A program made the position numbers and the translations under genes. A stretch of 64,000 nt of DNA, taken from IMG/VR virus record IMGVR_UViG_3300049740_002155; one strand, written 5' to 3'. Origin of the DNA: a virus (lineage: Duplodnaviria; Caudoviricetes). Positions 45,901 through 55,505 of this stretch are shown here, one piece after another (position 1 is the first letter of the stretch; the number at the start of each line of letters is the position of its first letter). The notes under the pieces were generated by a model, which searched no databases, was not told where the DNA came from, and saw only the letters and a list, made by a program, of their open reading frames with translations.

Positions 45901-48900
45901 AATTCAGGTATCAAGAGCTTTCCGTCAGTTGAAAAGAAAAACTTTGCGGATCATAATTAAAAGACACAGTGATGGTGAAATTGTATTAACAGAAACTGCT
46001 GATATTATTATTGATGAAAAAATCTTTTTGAATTTCTCAAAGGCAAAGGATATTTACATTGGAAATTATTTAGGTAGTAGTTTCAAGGGGCAGTTTGATC
46101 GTCTGCGTATATATAACGAAGAAATTACAGAAGACGATTTTGAGCAACATATTAAATACGGACAATCTTACAGTTTGAGAACAACGGATAAATCTGTTGA
46201 AGATACCTTGTTACTTAAAACTAATTTTGACCAACCACATGATATTTCTCTTGAAACAAATTATAAGTTTGGTTATGGAATTATACCAAACTCTTCGTTA
46301 AAAGAATCACACCCAAAATATATAAAATGCTACAATTTTAAAAAGACACAATATCCGTTTGAATTTGTCGGTGCATATAAAAAAGAATTTGCAGGATTGC
46401 CAAACTTCGGAGCCCAAGTTTTTAATAATAAAAAGATAAGAAGAGAAGAACTAAGTTTAAATTCAAATTTAAATCCATTTAATAGAGTAACAAATAAATC
46501 CTTGGATCGGGTTGGGGTTGATACAAATAAACTTGGAGTGTTTTTTGGAAAAAGTGTAACACTTAACGAAGAAATAATAAAGTTTTTTGGTAAAATAAAA
46601 CTGGGAGATTACATAGGGAACCCAGAGGACTATAACAAACGGACATATAATGAATTAAAAAAACTAAGAAATCTATTTTTCAAACATGGGTTTGGTAAAG
46701 TTGACTGGAACAATTATATAAACAGTATCAAAGGATATTTTGACGAGTCCTTTTTTGATAACATAGAAAAGATAGTACCTGCGAGAAGTATACTAGTAAG
46801 TGGTCTTTTGGTAGAACCACTGTTGCTTGAAAGACCAAAGGTCAAGGGAACGGACTTAAACACAAATCTTGAATCAAATGTTGATAGATTTAATATTATA
46901 GAATCAACTGAAAAAATAAAACCACTAAAGAATATAAGACTTTCTGCTAAACACACAAACAAGAATATAGTAGAATTTGCAAACGCAAAAGTTTACGGAC
47001 AACGAAAAACAGATGAGAACGCAATATGCTTAAATTCAGATTTTGTGTATAAGAAAATAAAAGGAAAAACACACAAAACCGAGTTGTTTGAGAATATTGA
47101 TTATGGCAATTTACAAAGTGTTGCGTCCAATTTTGGTCATGTGAGTATAGATGGTAGGGATTATCGTGTTGAAAAAGATGAATTTACACTGAGTCATCAC
47201 ACAAGTTTTACAAACGGTCTCGTAGACTATACAATTGCAAATAAAGTAAAAATAACAATAAAAATTACTAATGATAACTCTAATCACTTTTCTTCTGCGG
47301 AGGGCGAGTTCTTCTCTGGTAAAAACCTAAATGGACAACGTCTTTTTGCAAACAATGCAGAGACCTGGTTCATTTACTTTGAACCTTATATTAATCTATG
47401 GGTTCTTGTAAACAAAGACCCACGTACAAGTGCAAATACAAATGAAATAATTTCAGACGGTTCTGTTAAGAGAATTTACTGCACAACACAAGGTACGGAA
47501 TTTCCTACAAATTTCTACATAAACTCCTATACTGATGTAGTAAGAACACTGTCAGGTTCATTTGAGTCGTGGGGTGATATGTTTACAATTTCCGGAGCAA
47601 CCGGAAAATTACCACTTAACACAAATAGGATTTATCGTGCTACATCGTTGGTAAATATATTAAACGATAAATTTATTAATTTATCGGGGGGAATACTCGG
47701 TGTTGTTGATTGTGAAATAAACGGAGTTTTTGACGGAAAGTATAATGAAATTTTAGATGACGGAACACTTGTAATACACAAAAAAGGAAGTTATATATTT
47801 AGAGGACTGAGGCAAAAGATTAAATTTGACGGAACTTTCTCAGGAACTTTAAAAAGAGGATTTGTTGGATCAACTGAAACTCAGTCAGACTTTGTAATTC
47901 GAAGTGGTTATGTAAATGGAAAGAGATACGGTGGATGTTATTTTTCTGATAAAAAATTATATGGAAATATAAACGATGTCATTGAAAATGATTTAAGGTA
48001 TACTGATTTAGATTTAAGTATTTTTGATTCAAATAAGATAAACACCACATCTCAAACATTTAAGAATATTAAATTAGTACCCGTTCCTAATAAAATAGAA
48101 TACAATGTTGACGAGAGTAAATTTGGTGTAAGTAAAAAAGTAAACATAGAAAGAAACTCCACCAACCAAGTATATAATATTGGATCGTTTCGATATAGAA
48201 AAACACTTGGTACATATTCTAACTGCTTTTACCACAGAACCAAGGATGTTTTTGTTCCTGCTTTATTTCACGAATTCGATATAAAATTAAATACTAAGAT
48301 AAAAACGAATCAAATAAGAGAGGTAAAAGTAATTGGTTATACTGATTTGATGGCAGACATTAGAACGCAGGAAAATATATCCTACAAAAGAAAATTTAAA
48401 ACTGAGGTTATTAAAAATGAAACATATACAATTAGTATGTGTTTTGACTTTATATATAAAATGGAAACTAACGATTACAAAGTTAGTCCTATTATCTATT
48501 CCCGTGGTAGAAATCTTGAAAATAATAATTACTATCGAATAACATTTGATGAATATGGTGATACTATAAGAGTAAAAGAAAATTTCTTTGATGAGAGTTG
48601 GGATTCTCTTGACAAAATATATGAAATTGATGATTTTCGATTTTTATTATCAAAAGAAGATATTATGGCTGAGTTTGAAAATACAAATTCTTCACTTTTT
48701 TATGTTGAGATTGATGATAAAAACTCAATTGCATTCTTAGCAAACCACGACTCGGAAGAAACAACGTCAATTGATTTTCACTCACTTGACTTTGTAAAAA
48801 ATGCGACTGAAAAAAATATAAAAGGGGAGATTGAAATATTAAATACACGTGATTTATATAACCAAACTGGTAAAATATACGGTGAACAGGAACAGGGGGT

Positions 48901-51900
48901 GAGTTATGATACACTTGAAATAAAACACAATAGGCATCATCTCATAAGTAATAACATAAAGGTTGGTGATACAATTAGACTTGATGTTTATGGAAAAAAC
49001 AAAACCAAGTATGCGATTCAGACTAACCGAGAACTTACACCTGACGAAGTGGATGACTCCGAAGCAATAATTTATACAGTAGATACCTTAGATTGTCATA
49101 TCACATATGACATCAATGAAAACTTTTTAAGGTATACGGCCGAAACACTTCCATTAAAATATCATTCTTATTTTACACAAGAAAGTCCGTCTAATTACTT
49201 TTTAATAATGCCAAAGTCTGAGTATAATGGATTTGAACTAAGTGGGTATAATGGAAAGTGGAAATCTGCCAATGGGATGTATAAACAGAGTTTTATGCTA
49301 AATGATAAATACACATACACAAACGTACATTCAGAGTGGATTGTATTTTGGAGCAAAGTCACTCCTAATTGTGAAAAAGATGGTGTAAATGGTGCATGGG
49401 TTTTAGCAAAAGAGGAAGAGTCGGGATTCACAGACAGAATTCAAAGTGATTTGGAAACTGACAAAATAAAACTATGGATGTATGGATTTGTTCGTGGAGA
49501 ATTTGCATCTGAAATTGAATACATAACAAGTCCGACAATTAATGTAGATACATTCAGTTCAGACTTTGGTGGAGATGCTGAAGAATTTTTACTTAAACAA
49601 GAAGCATCTGTACTATATACAAAGGACCTGTGTTCGGACGAAGATTATGTAAAAAACAAAATAAAAGATAGCAATCAGAATGTGGATACCTCATTTGTTA
49701 TTATTCCTAATAAAGAAGCATTTAGATTTGCAGAAAAATACGGAAAGAATACATTAAGTGTAAAGGATCAAATACTTGCCTGGAGTTTAAATATTAAGAG
49801 TGTAGAAAGCAAGTTACCCGCACGTGGTTTATACGACAAAGTAAAGCCAATGAAAGAAGTTGATGTACAGGTTGATGTGGAATATAATCAGAACTTTGAT
49901 AGAGTAGTTCCGTACGTAAGGTTGATAGGAGCAGATGTTAGTTCAACTCAATATAGAATGGTAGAAGGTGACTACTATCTTACCACACAAGAAATAAATA
50001 ATTATCCTGTTTATAGAAATCCACATGGATTTTTGATGAAACGAGATAGATATGTTGATGAGGAAACCGGTGATGCAAATTATTTGTGGGTGATCGCACA
50101 AGACGCACAACCACTAACCACTAAAAATGAAGATCTAACCAACAAGAACCGACTTGTTTTTATTTCATATAACGGAACTTGTGCGAGTGATGATTTTAAT
50201 TTTAGAGTTGGTTATGATATGAATCCAAATGTAGATACCACCCGTGACAGAAATGATATGCTGGCAGATGCTTTTAGGGATGCCGTATTACTTGATGATC
50301 AAGAAGTAAATGTTAGGTGGGGATATGACAGAAACGAACAAGCCTGCTCTACCTGTGAGGATATAGCAACACCAGATTTTAAAATTACAGTAAGTCCAGA
50401 TAATTTATATACATCATATGCAGGAAAAAAGAAGTTTATTACAATTTACCAAGGGGAGGTTGATGCAGAAGTTGGTATCAATGAATTAAATCCAAATATA
50501 TCTGCAAAGCAATTCGGTGGATTATATAGTCACGTCACTGGAAGTTATTGTGATTCTGAAATTTGCTATCATCAAGAAAGTGGTGGATCGGTTATGAAGA
50601 AATCACCTGCGGGTTGGATCATAGAACCAACGGTAGTTGGAAGTGGTAACAAGTTTACGACATACATATCAAGCAATCATATAGATGTAAAATCAAAGGG
50701 GTTGATATTTCAACATCCAAAATACGGAATGTATAAGTCAGAAAGTGGGGAGTTGGCATTTATTTATTACGAAAAAAATGAATATTCAGACATCAAAATA
50801 TGCATTGATTCTGATAATGAAAATTTAAGATCAAAATTTTCTAAAACAACTTATGTGCAAAATAATAGAGTTGTGTATCAAAATGAAAATGGTTGGTTGG
50901 TATTCTATAATATAGAAGAAGTTTCGGGTGATGAATATTGGTGCATAAATGATACTTTATCTGATAGAAATGTAAAATACAAAGCAGATATTAGATGGAA
51001 AAATGAACTTAATTTTAAAGAAGGGGACCGTCATTATGATGAGGAGTTTGGTGTCTATTACCAAAAGACTACAAATATAGACTATAATGAAAAAAATGCA
51101 ATTGTAGTAAATATGAAGATTAATCTCGATGAAGAAAATCCAACTAACATATTGAACTTGGATAGATTTGATGTTAATACATTTAGTTATCGTTTAACAT
51201 ACGACTCCACATTTAGACAAGAATCAACCGCATTGGAAATTCTACCAGTGTTATCAAGGGTTGAAAATAAGTATATATCGGAACTACCTGTGTCAATAAA
51301 TTATGATCCTGAAACATTTTATCTGGAGTATCCTAATTTGGTTGATATTCATGTTTTATCTGATGGGTCGTTTGAATATAATGAAACAGGTAATACTAAT
51401 TTAACACTTTCATTAAATTCTTTTGGAACGACTAAAAACTTTGATATGAAGATTGATATTGAAAATACATTTGGTCATGTCAAAGTTGATTCGACCGATA
51501 TGTTCTCTGCGGACTTTAAACGGAACAATACTGATCAAGAAAGAGAGGACGGATATATTGACATAAATAAACTATATGAAAAGTATTATATTGACGAAGT
51601 AAACTATACACTTGAAGTTGGTGTAAAAACGAGAAGAGAACCAATCGTGGTAGAAAAGAATATAAGAAAAATAAATCAACAAAGCAAATTTGAAGAATTA
51701 TTTTTGGATGATTCCGATGAAGATGAACGTGAAATTAAGATTACATTTGATGAAGACCTTAGTTATAAGGTAAATAAAAATTATGCTTTAACTGACATTA
51801 CAAAATTAAAAGTAAACAATGATATTGTATCAAGAAATATTTCAAAAGATCATCTATCATATAAAAGAAGATTTAAAAGAACCACGACACAAAACAATGT

Positions 51901-52222
51901 TTCAACAACTATTTCACAAGAAGGAATACAAGATTTTACATCACCAATAACAAGAACCCGTAGAGTATTTCCAAGAACTGACTTTAATAGTGGTTCGTTT
52001 GATTCATTTTGGTTTATTGATGATATACCTGTTGCTAATCAGACCGATGAGCAAAAACCTGTAATCATTAGAAAGGGTGTGTATGAACTACCAACTGATG
52101 TTCTTGATAAACTTGAATTTTATTATTCATTTAATGATTCGGATGTAGAATTTGTTGAGGCATTTCCAACTCACACTCCGTCACCAACTAAAACAGAAAC
52201 CAAAACACCAACTGATGACTAA
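42956..52222 (+). CDS. giant (3088 aa) baseplate/tail protein (gp7/P2 gpI-like segment, LamG-like region, repeated beta modules)
   Basis: NNLPLILKTKGTRESIEALMRCY (tail protein I-like), FKGQFDRLRIY (LamG-like); position after gp25/gp6. Confidence 0.7.
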   Translation: MVDFMKYIQQTPSDNKKLTRGFSVNESTLSIGFENEPTQYNFGLSPKDSIEFSVFSSEGIRLAWKVVDDEPNFEVLNLDYTNLDGDRISGQARLFTSNYPSIDGSVVVSPSIDARSVGIDSGYYYMRYSFLNDIVGSSANKSKLLIKEISNSRTEIKVIPECLKTSLRAEDISLSFDYINFTTKKLPVSHLYNFTDKLLREDKNLLSQEFDTEMSEIISDYEDSIELTLEMLGTTTRKQVFIEIDSVRKRVFELYKNTLISEYNEVYTRTDFYVQYINCINYEISKQKRLADSSVDPRIIDLYKSVLVTLYDSDYLNRLFVDRFELYFNNYANFGQGELFPILGTQLANENIGDEDKHTPLIIKLSDALPANITVGSRLYISNKLYSDDVVQKVTYFKEIKSSLTKLRGPNRSQIIKNNGTKEYTKEELDTESGVDEIDESTTKISTYFNKNINTGITSFEEFSDFVKFSSAKRQLDLFIQRFSKISKLINVISSYEYSIETLAKKVEDNLLPEKEASSSISILQKLELKEKLKELDTELLSLSEYERYLLYTDSPRAYPRTDNVYVSGITGKNRLANGRYEKYSFFNDKNSFKHWLGDWYLWWDATSFEWVLSVDPYSRKETFFSFKSESYFFETDVRWGNHLGFGGDEYVKISKETLEYGPEKGKLAPEYIPDDISKWSTASRGYAWYIDMATEAAYYDKSNDDFLGLNIPEFLIRDDQNEDFLKLLSAVGTIFDVIDNYIKNMGNSREIRNNPEKGIPDELVYYFLNSFGINFTGKNTRGDVVSKLKIKDKESTEYKRNQIWRRILNNLPLILKTKGTRESIEALMRCYDIPEQLFVTREYGGASLEDSSSNFSEFSFDTYDYSLSIENEDEYLEVPWNHNDLKPKSIEFKLFISSESQINKTSADDETTETYAREFQTIISNENWKFGIMRFSDYDEGWWRFYISYQVDGESQETHKLIPDLDKNPLDIKHSDGYDVLIQVSRAFRQLKRKTLRIIIKRHSDGEIVLTETADIIIDEKIFLNFSKAKDIYIGNYLGSSFKGQFDRLRIYNEEITEDDFEQHIKYGQSYSLRTTDKSVEDTLLLKTNFDQPHDISLETNYKFGYGIIPNSSLKESHPKYIKCYNFKKTQYPFEFVGAYKKEFAGLPNFGAQVFNNKKIRREELSLNSNLNPFNRVTNKSLDRVGVDTNKLGVFFGKSVTLNEEIIKFFGKIKLGDYIGNPEDYNKRTYNELKKLRNLFFKHGFGKVDWNNYINSIKGYFDESFFDNIEKIVPARSILVSGLLVEPLLLERPKVKGTDLNTNLESNVDRFNIIESTEKIKPLKNIRLSAKHTNKNIVEFANAKVYGQRKTDENAICLNSDFVYKKIKGKTHKTELFENIDYGNLQSVASNFGHVSIDGRDYRVEKDEFTLSHHTSFTNGLVDYTIANKVKITIKITNDNSNHFSSAEGEFFSGKNLNGQRLFANNAETWFIYFEPYINLWVLVNKDPRTSANTNEIISDGSVKRIYCTTQGTEFPTNFYINSYTDVVRTLSGSFESWGDMFTISGATGKLPLNTNRIYRATSLVNILNDKFINLSGGILGVVDCEINGVFDGKYNEILDDGTLVIHKKGSYIFRGLRQKIKFDGTFSGTLKRGFVGSTETQSDFVIRSGYVNGKRYGGCYFSDKKLYGNINDVIENDLRYTDLDLSIFDSNKINTTSQTFKNIKLVPVPNKIEYNVDESKFGVSKKVNIERNSTNQVYNIGSFRYRKTLGTYSNCFYHRTKDVFVPALFHEFDIKLNTKIKTNQIREVKVIGYTDLMADIRTQENISYKRKFKTEVIKNETYTISMCFDFIYKMETNDYKVSPIIYSRGRNLENNNYYRITFDEYGDTIRVKENFFDESWDSLDKIYEIDDFRFLLSKEDIMAEFENTNSSLFYVEIDDKNSIAFLANHDSEETTSIDFHSLDFVKNATEKNIKGEIEILNTRDLYNQTGKIYGEQEQGVSYDTLEIKHNRHHLISNNIKVGDTIRLDVYGKNKTKYAIQTNRELTPDEVDDSEAIIYTVDTLDCHITYDINENFLRYTAETLPLKYHSYFTQESPSNYFLIMPKSEYNGFELSGYNGKWKSANGMYKQSFMLNDKYTYTNVHSEWIVFWSKVTPNCEKDGVNGAWVLAKEEESGFTDRIQSDLETDKIKLWMYGFVRGEFASEIEYITSPTINVDTFSSDFGGDAEEFLLKQEASVLYTKDLCSDEDYVKNKIKDSNQNVDTSFVIIPNKEAFRFAEKYGKNTLSVKDQILAWSLNIKSVESKLPARGLYDKVKPMKEVDVQVDVEYNQNFDRVVPYVRLIGADVSSTQYRMVEGDYYLTTQEINNYPVYRNPHGFLMKRDRYVDEETGDANYLWVIAQDAQPLTTKNEDLTNKNRLVFISYNGTCASDDFNFRVGYDMNPNVDTTRDRNDMLADAFRDAVLLDDQEVNVRWGYDRNEQACSTCEDIATPDFKITVSPDNLYTSYAGKKKFITIYQGEVDAEVGINELNPNISAKQFGGLYSHVTGSYCDSEICYHQESGGSVMKKSPAGWIIEPTVVGSGNKFTTYISSNHIDVKSKGLIFQHPKYGMYKSESGELAFIYYEKNEYSDIKICIDSDNENLRSKFSKTTYVQNNRVVYQNENGWLVFYNIEEVSGDEYWCINDTLSDRNVKYKADIRWKNELNFKEGDRHYDEEFGVYYQKTTNIDYNEKNAIVVNMKINLDEENPTNILNLDRFDVNTFSYRLTYDSTFRQESTALEILPVLSRVENKYISELPVSINYDPETFYLEYPNLVDIHVLSDGSFEYNETGNTNLTLSLNSFGTTKNFDMKIDIENTFGHVKVDSTDMFSADFKRNNTDQEREDGYIDINKLYEKYYIDEVNYTLEVGVKTRREPIVVEKNIRKINQQSKFEELFLDDSDEDEREIKITFDEDLSYKVNKNYALTDITKLKVNNDIVSRNISKDHLSYKRRFKRTTTQNNVSTTISQEGIQDFTSPITRTRRVFPRTDFNSGSFDSFWFIDDIPVANQTDEQKPVIIRKGVYELPTDVLDKLEFYYSFNDSDVEFVEAFPTHTPSPTKTETKTPTDD

Positions 52223-53216
52223 ATTATATAAAGTAAAAGATATTACCGACAAGGTAAAGGACACAGAGTTGTATGGTCATGTAGCAAATAAACTACAAAA
52301 TGATTTGACTACACGATTTGCTGTGTTGCGTAATTTTAGTGATGAAAAAAATGATACAATTCCCACGGAACGAATGGAAATAAAAAATATTTCATCAGGA
52401 GTTGAATCAGAATTGTTTTACACAAACGAACTTACATTATCGTGTTGGATCTATTTAACCGGGGAATCTGAGGCAAGTTGTGGTGTAATGACCAATGGAG
52501 ATAATACAAACAGATGTGGGTTGTTGATAAACGCAAATGAGGAAACGGGTGACGATTCCGAATCAGGACCGATTGGATACACTTGGGAAAATAAATTAGA
52601 ACAAAACTCAGACGGAGATGGTGTGTGGTCAATACAAGACTTTACATTTGGTATCGGTTTACCAAAACAAAAATGGACTCATTTGGTAATAATGATATAT
52701 CCTTCGGGAAAAGCAAGATTGTTTATTGATAATATTTATCGTGCTTCATTTGACGAGGGGATAGTAAGAGATAAGGTTTCGTTTTCTAAAATTGAACTTG
52801 GAAGATTTAATGGATATGCTGATAATATTATGTGCTTTTCGACTACACTTGATTACGGAAATGTAGATATTGACCAAGAAGCAGTATCAGATTTTGCTAC
52901 ACTTTATTATACAAGCAGAACTGAACCAAAAAAAGCAATAGTGGAGACACCAATTGTACCAAAAAAACAAACTGCTGATAATATACCTTTTTTTTATATG
53001 CAATCTGATGAGTATATAGAGGCCGCAACACTGTACGACGAAAATACACGGAAAAAGATAGAAAGTGGTATGACAAGGAAAGAAGCAATTGATTCACAGA
53101 CGCAAGAAGAACTAATGGTACAAAAATATGCAATTGAGGGTGGGGTTAATGATAAAACTCGGGTTTATGCAGATAATGAGTTCATGACATTTCCCGGAGA
53201 ACTAAAGAAATTGTAA
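52215..53216 (+). CDS. LamG/concanavalin A-like domain protein
   Basis: LTLSCWIY, KQKWTHLVIM, ARLFIDN, FNGYADNI; start ATG 52215 overlapping the upstream stop. Confidence 0.8.
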   Translation: MTKLYKVKDITDKVKDTELYGHVANKLQNDLTTRFAVLRNFSDEKNDTIPTERMEIKNISSGVESELFYTNELTLSCWIYLTGESEASCGVMTNGDNTNRCGLLINANEETGDDSESGPIGYTWENKLEQNSDGDGVWSIQDFTFGIGLPKQKWTHLVIMIYPSGKARLFIDNIYRASFDEGIVRDKVSFSKIELGRFNGYADNIMCFSTTLDYGNVDIDQEAVSDFATLYYTSRTEPKKAIVETPIVPKKQTADNIPFFYMQSDEYIEAATLYDENTRKKIESGMTRKEAIDSQTQEELMVQKYAIEGGVNDKTRVYADNEFMTFPGELKKL

Positions 53217-53283
53217 ATTGTGACTTTAATGTAAATAAAAAACCAATATATAAATATTTATTAGAAAGAATATATATATTGTT

Positions 53284-53976
53284 ATGGGTTATTTAAATAA
53301 TGAAACTATTACAGTTGAGGCAACACTCACAAAACGGGGTCGTGCGTTATTAGCATCAGACTCTGGATTAAATATTACAAGTTTTGCATTGGCTGACGAT
53401 GAAATTGACTACAAATTGTATGATCCGAACCATCCAGGTGGTTCTCAGTATTATGATGCAGCTATTAGAAATATGCCAATATTCGAACCACTTTCAGACG
53501 AAACACAGGCATTAAAATATAAATTGGTAACTTTACCAGCAGGTACTCAGTATATTCCATTGATAAAACTTGGTCAACAGAGTATCACACTTGACAAAAA
53601 CTACAACGGAGTTGTTTCAATATCACCAACCACAGATCCTGTATATAACACTACACTTGGATACACGGCAGTATTGTCTGATAAAAGAGTTGGTTCTATA
53701 ACAGGTTCTGGTGTAGACGGAACGGCAGCTGCCTCTTCTGCATTGTTTCTCGGAGATACTTCAAGTGACCAAGCACAAACAGTAGTCGGTTTGACATTTA
53801 CATTTAGACCAAATTCTGCAATCGACAAAGACAGAACTGCAACCTTAACAATAATAGGAAACGAAAGTGGCGGGTCGGTCACGATACCTGTACGAGTTTT
53901 CACAGATGATTTAGCAGAAAGTGGATTGTCAGATTCACTTGGACTCGATTCGTCATCTACAAGTTCAAGTTACTGA
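53284..53976 (+). CDS. conserved virion structural protein
   Basis: MGYLNNETITVEATLTKRGRALLA...ITSFALADDEIDY, a pattern resembling tail-collar/baseplate proteins. Confidence 0.65.
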   Translation: MGYLNNETITVEATLTKRGRALLASDSGLNITSFALADDEIDYKLYDPNHPGGSQYYDAAIRNMPIFEPLSDETQALKYKLVTLPAGTQYIPLIKLGQQSITLDKNYNGVVSISPTTDPVYNTTLGYTAVLSDKRVGSITGSGVDGTAAASSALFLGDTSSDQAQTVVGLTFTFRPNSAIDKDRTATLTIIGNESGGSVTIPVRVFTDDLAESGLSDSLGLDSSSTSSSY

Positions 53977-53977
53977 T

Positions 53978-55474
53978 ATGATATATAAGCAAATAGAAGA
54001 ATCGGATAAAGTTTTTGGACGATCACTGAGAGTTTCTTCTGGAACTTTCAATGAGGGGTTTCAACTTAAGTCAATGCACATTGATCAAGATGAACTTACC
54101 ACCAAGATGGCGAAGTATGTTTTAACTGGTGCAGGTTCTGCATCAAATATATCAGACGCAGAACTTAGTAATTTAGATGCAGATGAACTTGAAGCATTTT
54201 CTTCTGATACAATATATGATTCTTACGAGAGTGCTTTTTTATTACAAGGTTATTCCCCACACATTGTTGCAACACAAAATTATCAACATGGACATTGGAC
54301 TGATGTTTCTTTTGGTGATTACTACGCAAATGTTTATGATGAGCAAACCAAACTTGGTGATATAGAAAATGAAAATGCTCAAGTACAATTTTCTGTTTCT
54401 TATGGTCACAAGCATGGTCATGGTAGCAGACAAGGTAATAGATCAGCATCTGTTACACAGGCAATATATAATCAATATAGAAATATTTTACTTGGACCTG
54501 GTGACGATTCATTTACATTCACATCAGACAACTCTGCTCTTTCGGGTGCGGACAGAGATTCTTTTTTTGTTATTAACTTTGCATCATCTGCACTTAAAGA
54601 TAAAATAGATGAAGGAAACCTTGAATTTACTCTTAGTCTAAATGCAAGGTTTGAATATACACTTGATAACAATAGAACATTCATTGAACAAACTTTTACC
54701 CAAACATTTAGAGACGATTCTCGTTTTGAAACCGAGATATTATCTACAACCGGTGAGAAAAAAGTAGAAAAATCTTTTAACATAGTTAAGGGTACACTCG
54801 CAGATGGTGCTCCACAGACGGTAGACAAATATGCCGTAGGAACTGGTGACGGAGCAGGTGAGGGTTTCGGATTAATGTATCCTGATCTTGGATTGATTAT
54901 TTTAAATCCATATGCACTTGCGTGTGAATTTGGTACTAGAATAGAAACATGGTACGATGAATGGTACTCAACATCAAAAACAAATATTTTTCCTTCAAAA
55001 GAAAATAATGTTGGAAGAGCAATTTCATGGTCAGGAAACATAAACCCAACATCAACTGATTCAAGTGTATCTGATGATTTAAAACTGGGAATCGAGAGAA
55101 ACCATCAGAACTTTTTAAAATTGTTCTATATGCTAAAGAGTGGAGGTGACTTTAAATCAAGAAGCAGTGAACTCGTCCCATCCAAGCACTATTTTATACG
55201 AGTGCGAAATACTGATTTTAATTATAGTAACAACCCAAGTTATATAATTCAATCAAAAGAGGCAAGAGAACTTGCGTCAACAACTGGTATGCCACTTGAG
55301 TATTATACTGGTAGATTGCGGTATGATAATTTTGTCAACGATCCGAGAACATATATTACTACAATAGGATTGTATAATGATAACAATGAACTACTTGCCG
55401 TGGCAAAAATGAGTGTACCTGTATTAAAAACATTTGATTCCGAAACTTTAATAAAAGTAAGATTAGATTTCTAA
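53978..55474 (+). CDS. conserved virion structural protein
   Basis: C-terminal PRTYITTIGLYNDNNELLAVAKMSVP (tail-fibre attachment-like motif); start ATG 53978. Confidence 0.7.
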   Translation: MIYKQIEESDKVFGRSLRVSSGTFNEGFQLKSMHIDQDELTTKMAKYVLTGAGSASNISDAELSNLDADELEAFSSDTIYDSYESAFLLQGYSPHIVATQNYQHGHWTDVSFGDYYANVYDEQTKLGDIENENAQVQFSVSYGHKHGHGSRQGNRSASVTQAIYNQYRNILLGPGDDSFTFTSDNSALSGADRDSFFVINFASSALKDKIDEGNLEFTLSLNARFEYTLDNNRTFIEQTFTQTFRDDSRFETEILSTTGEKKVEKSFNIVKGTLADGAPQTVDKYAVGTGDGAGEGFGLMYPDLGLIILNPYALACEFGTRIETWYDEWYSTSKTNIFPSKENNVGRAISWSGNINPTSTDSSVSDDLKLGIERNHQNFLKLFYMLKSGGDFKSRSSELVPSKHYFIRVRNTDFNYSNNPSYIIQSKEARELASTTGMPLEYYTGRLRYDNFVNDPRTYITTIGLYNDNNELLAVAKMSVPVLKTFDSETLIKVRLDF

Positions 55475-55505
55475 GTATTTTCTAAGAAAAATATATTTAT
55501 ATTTT

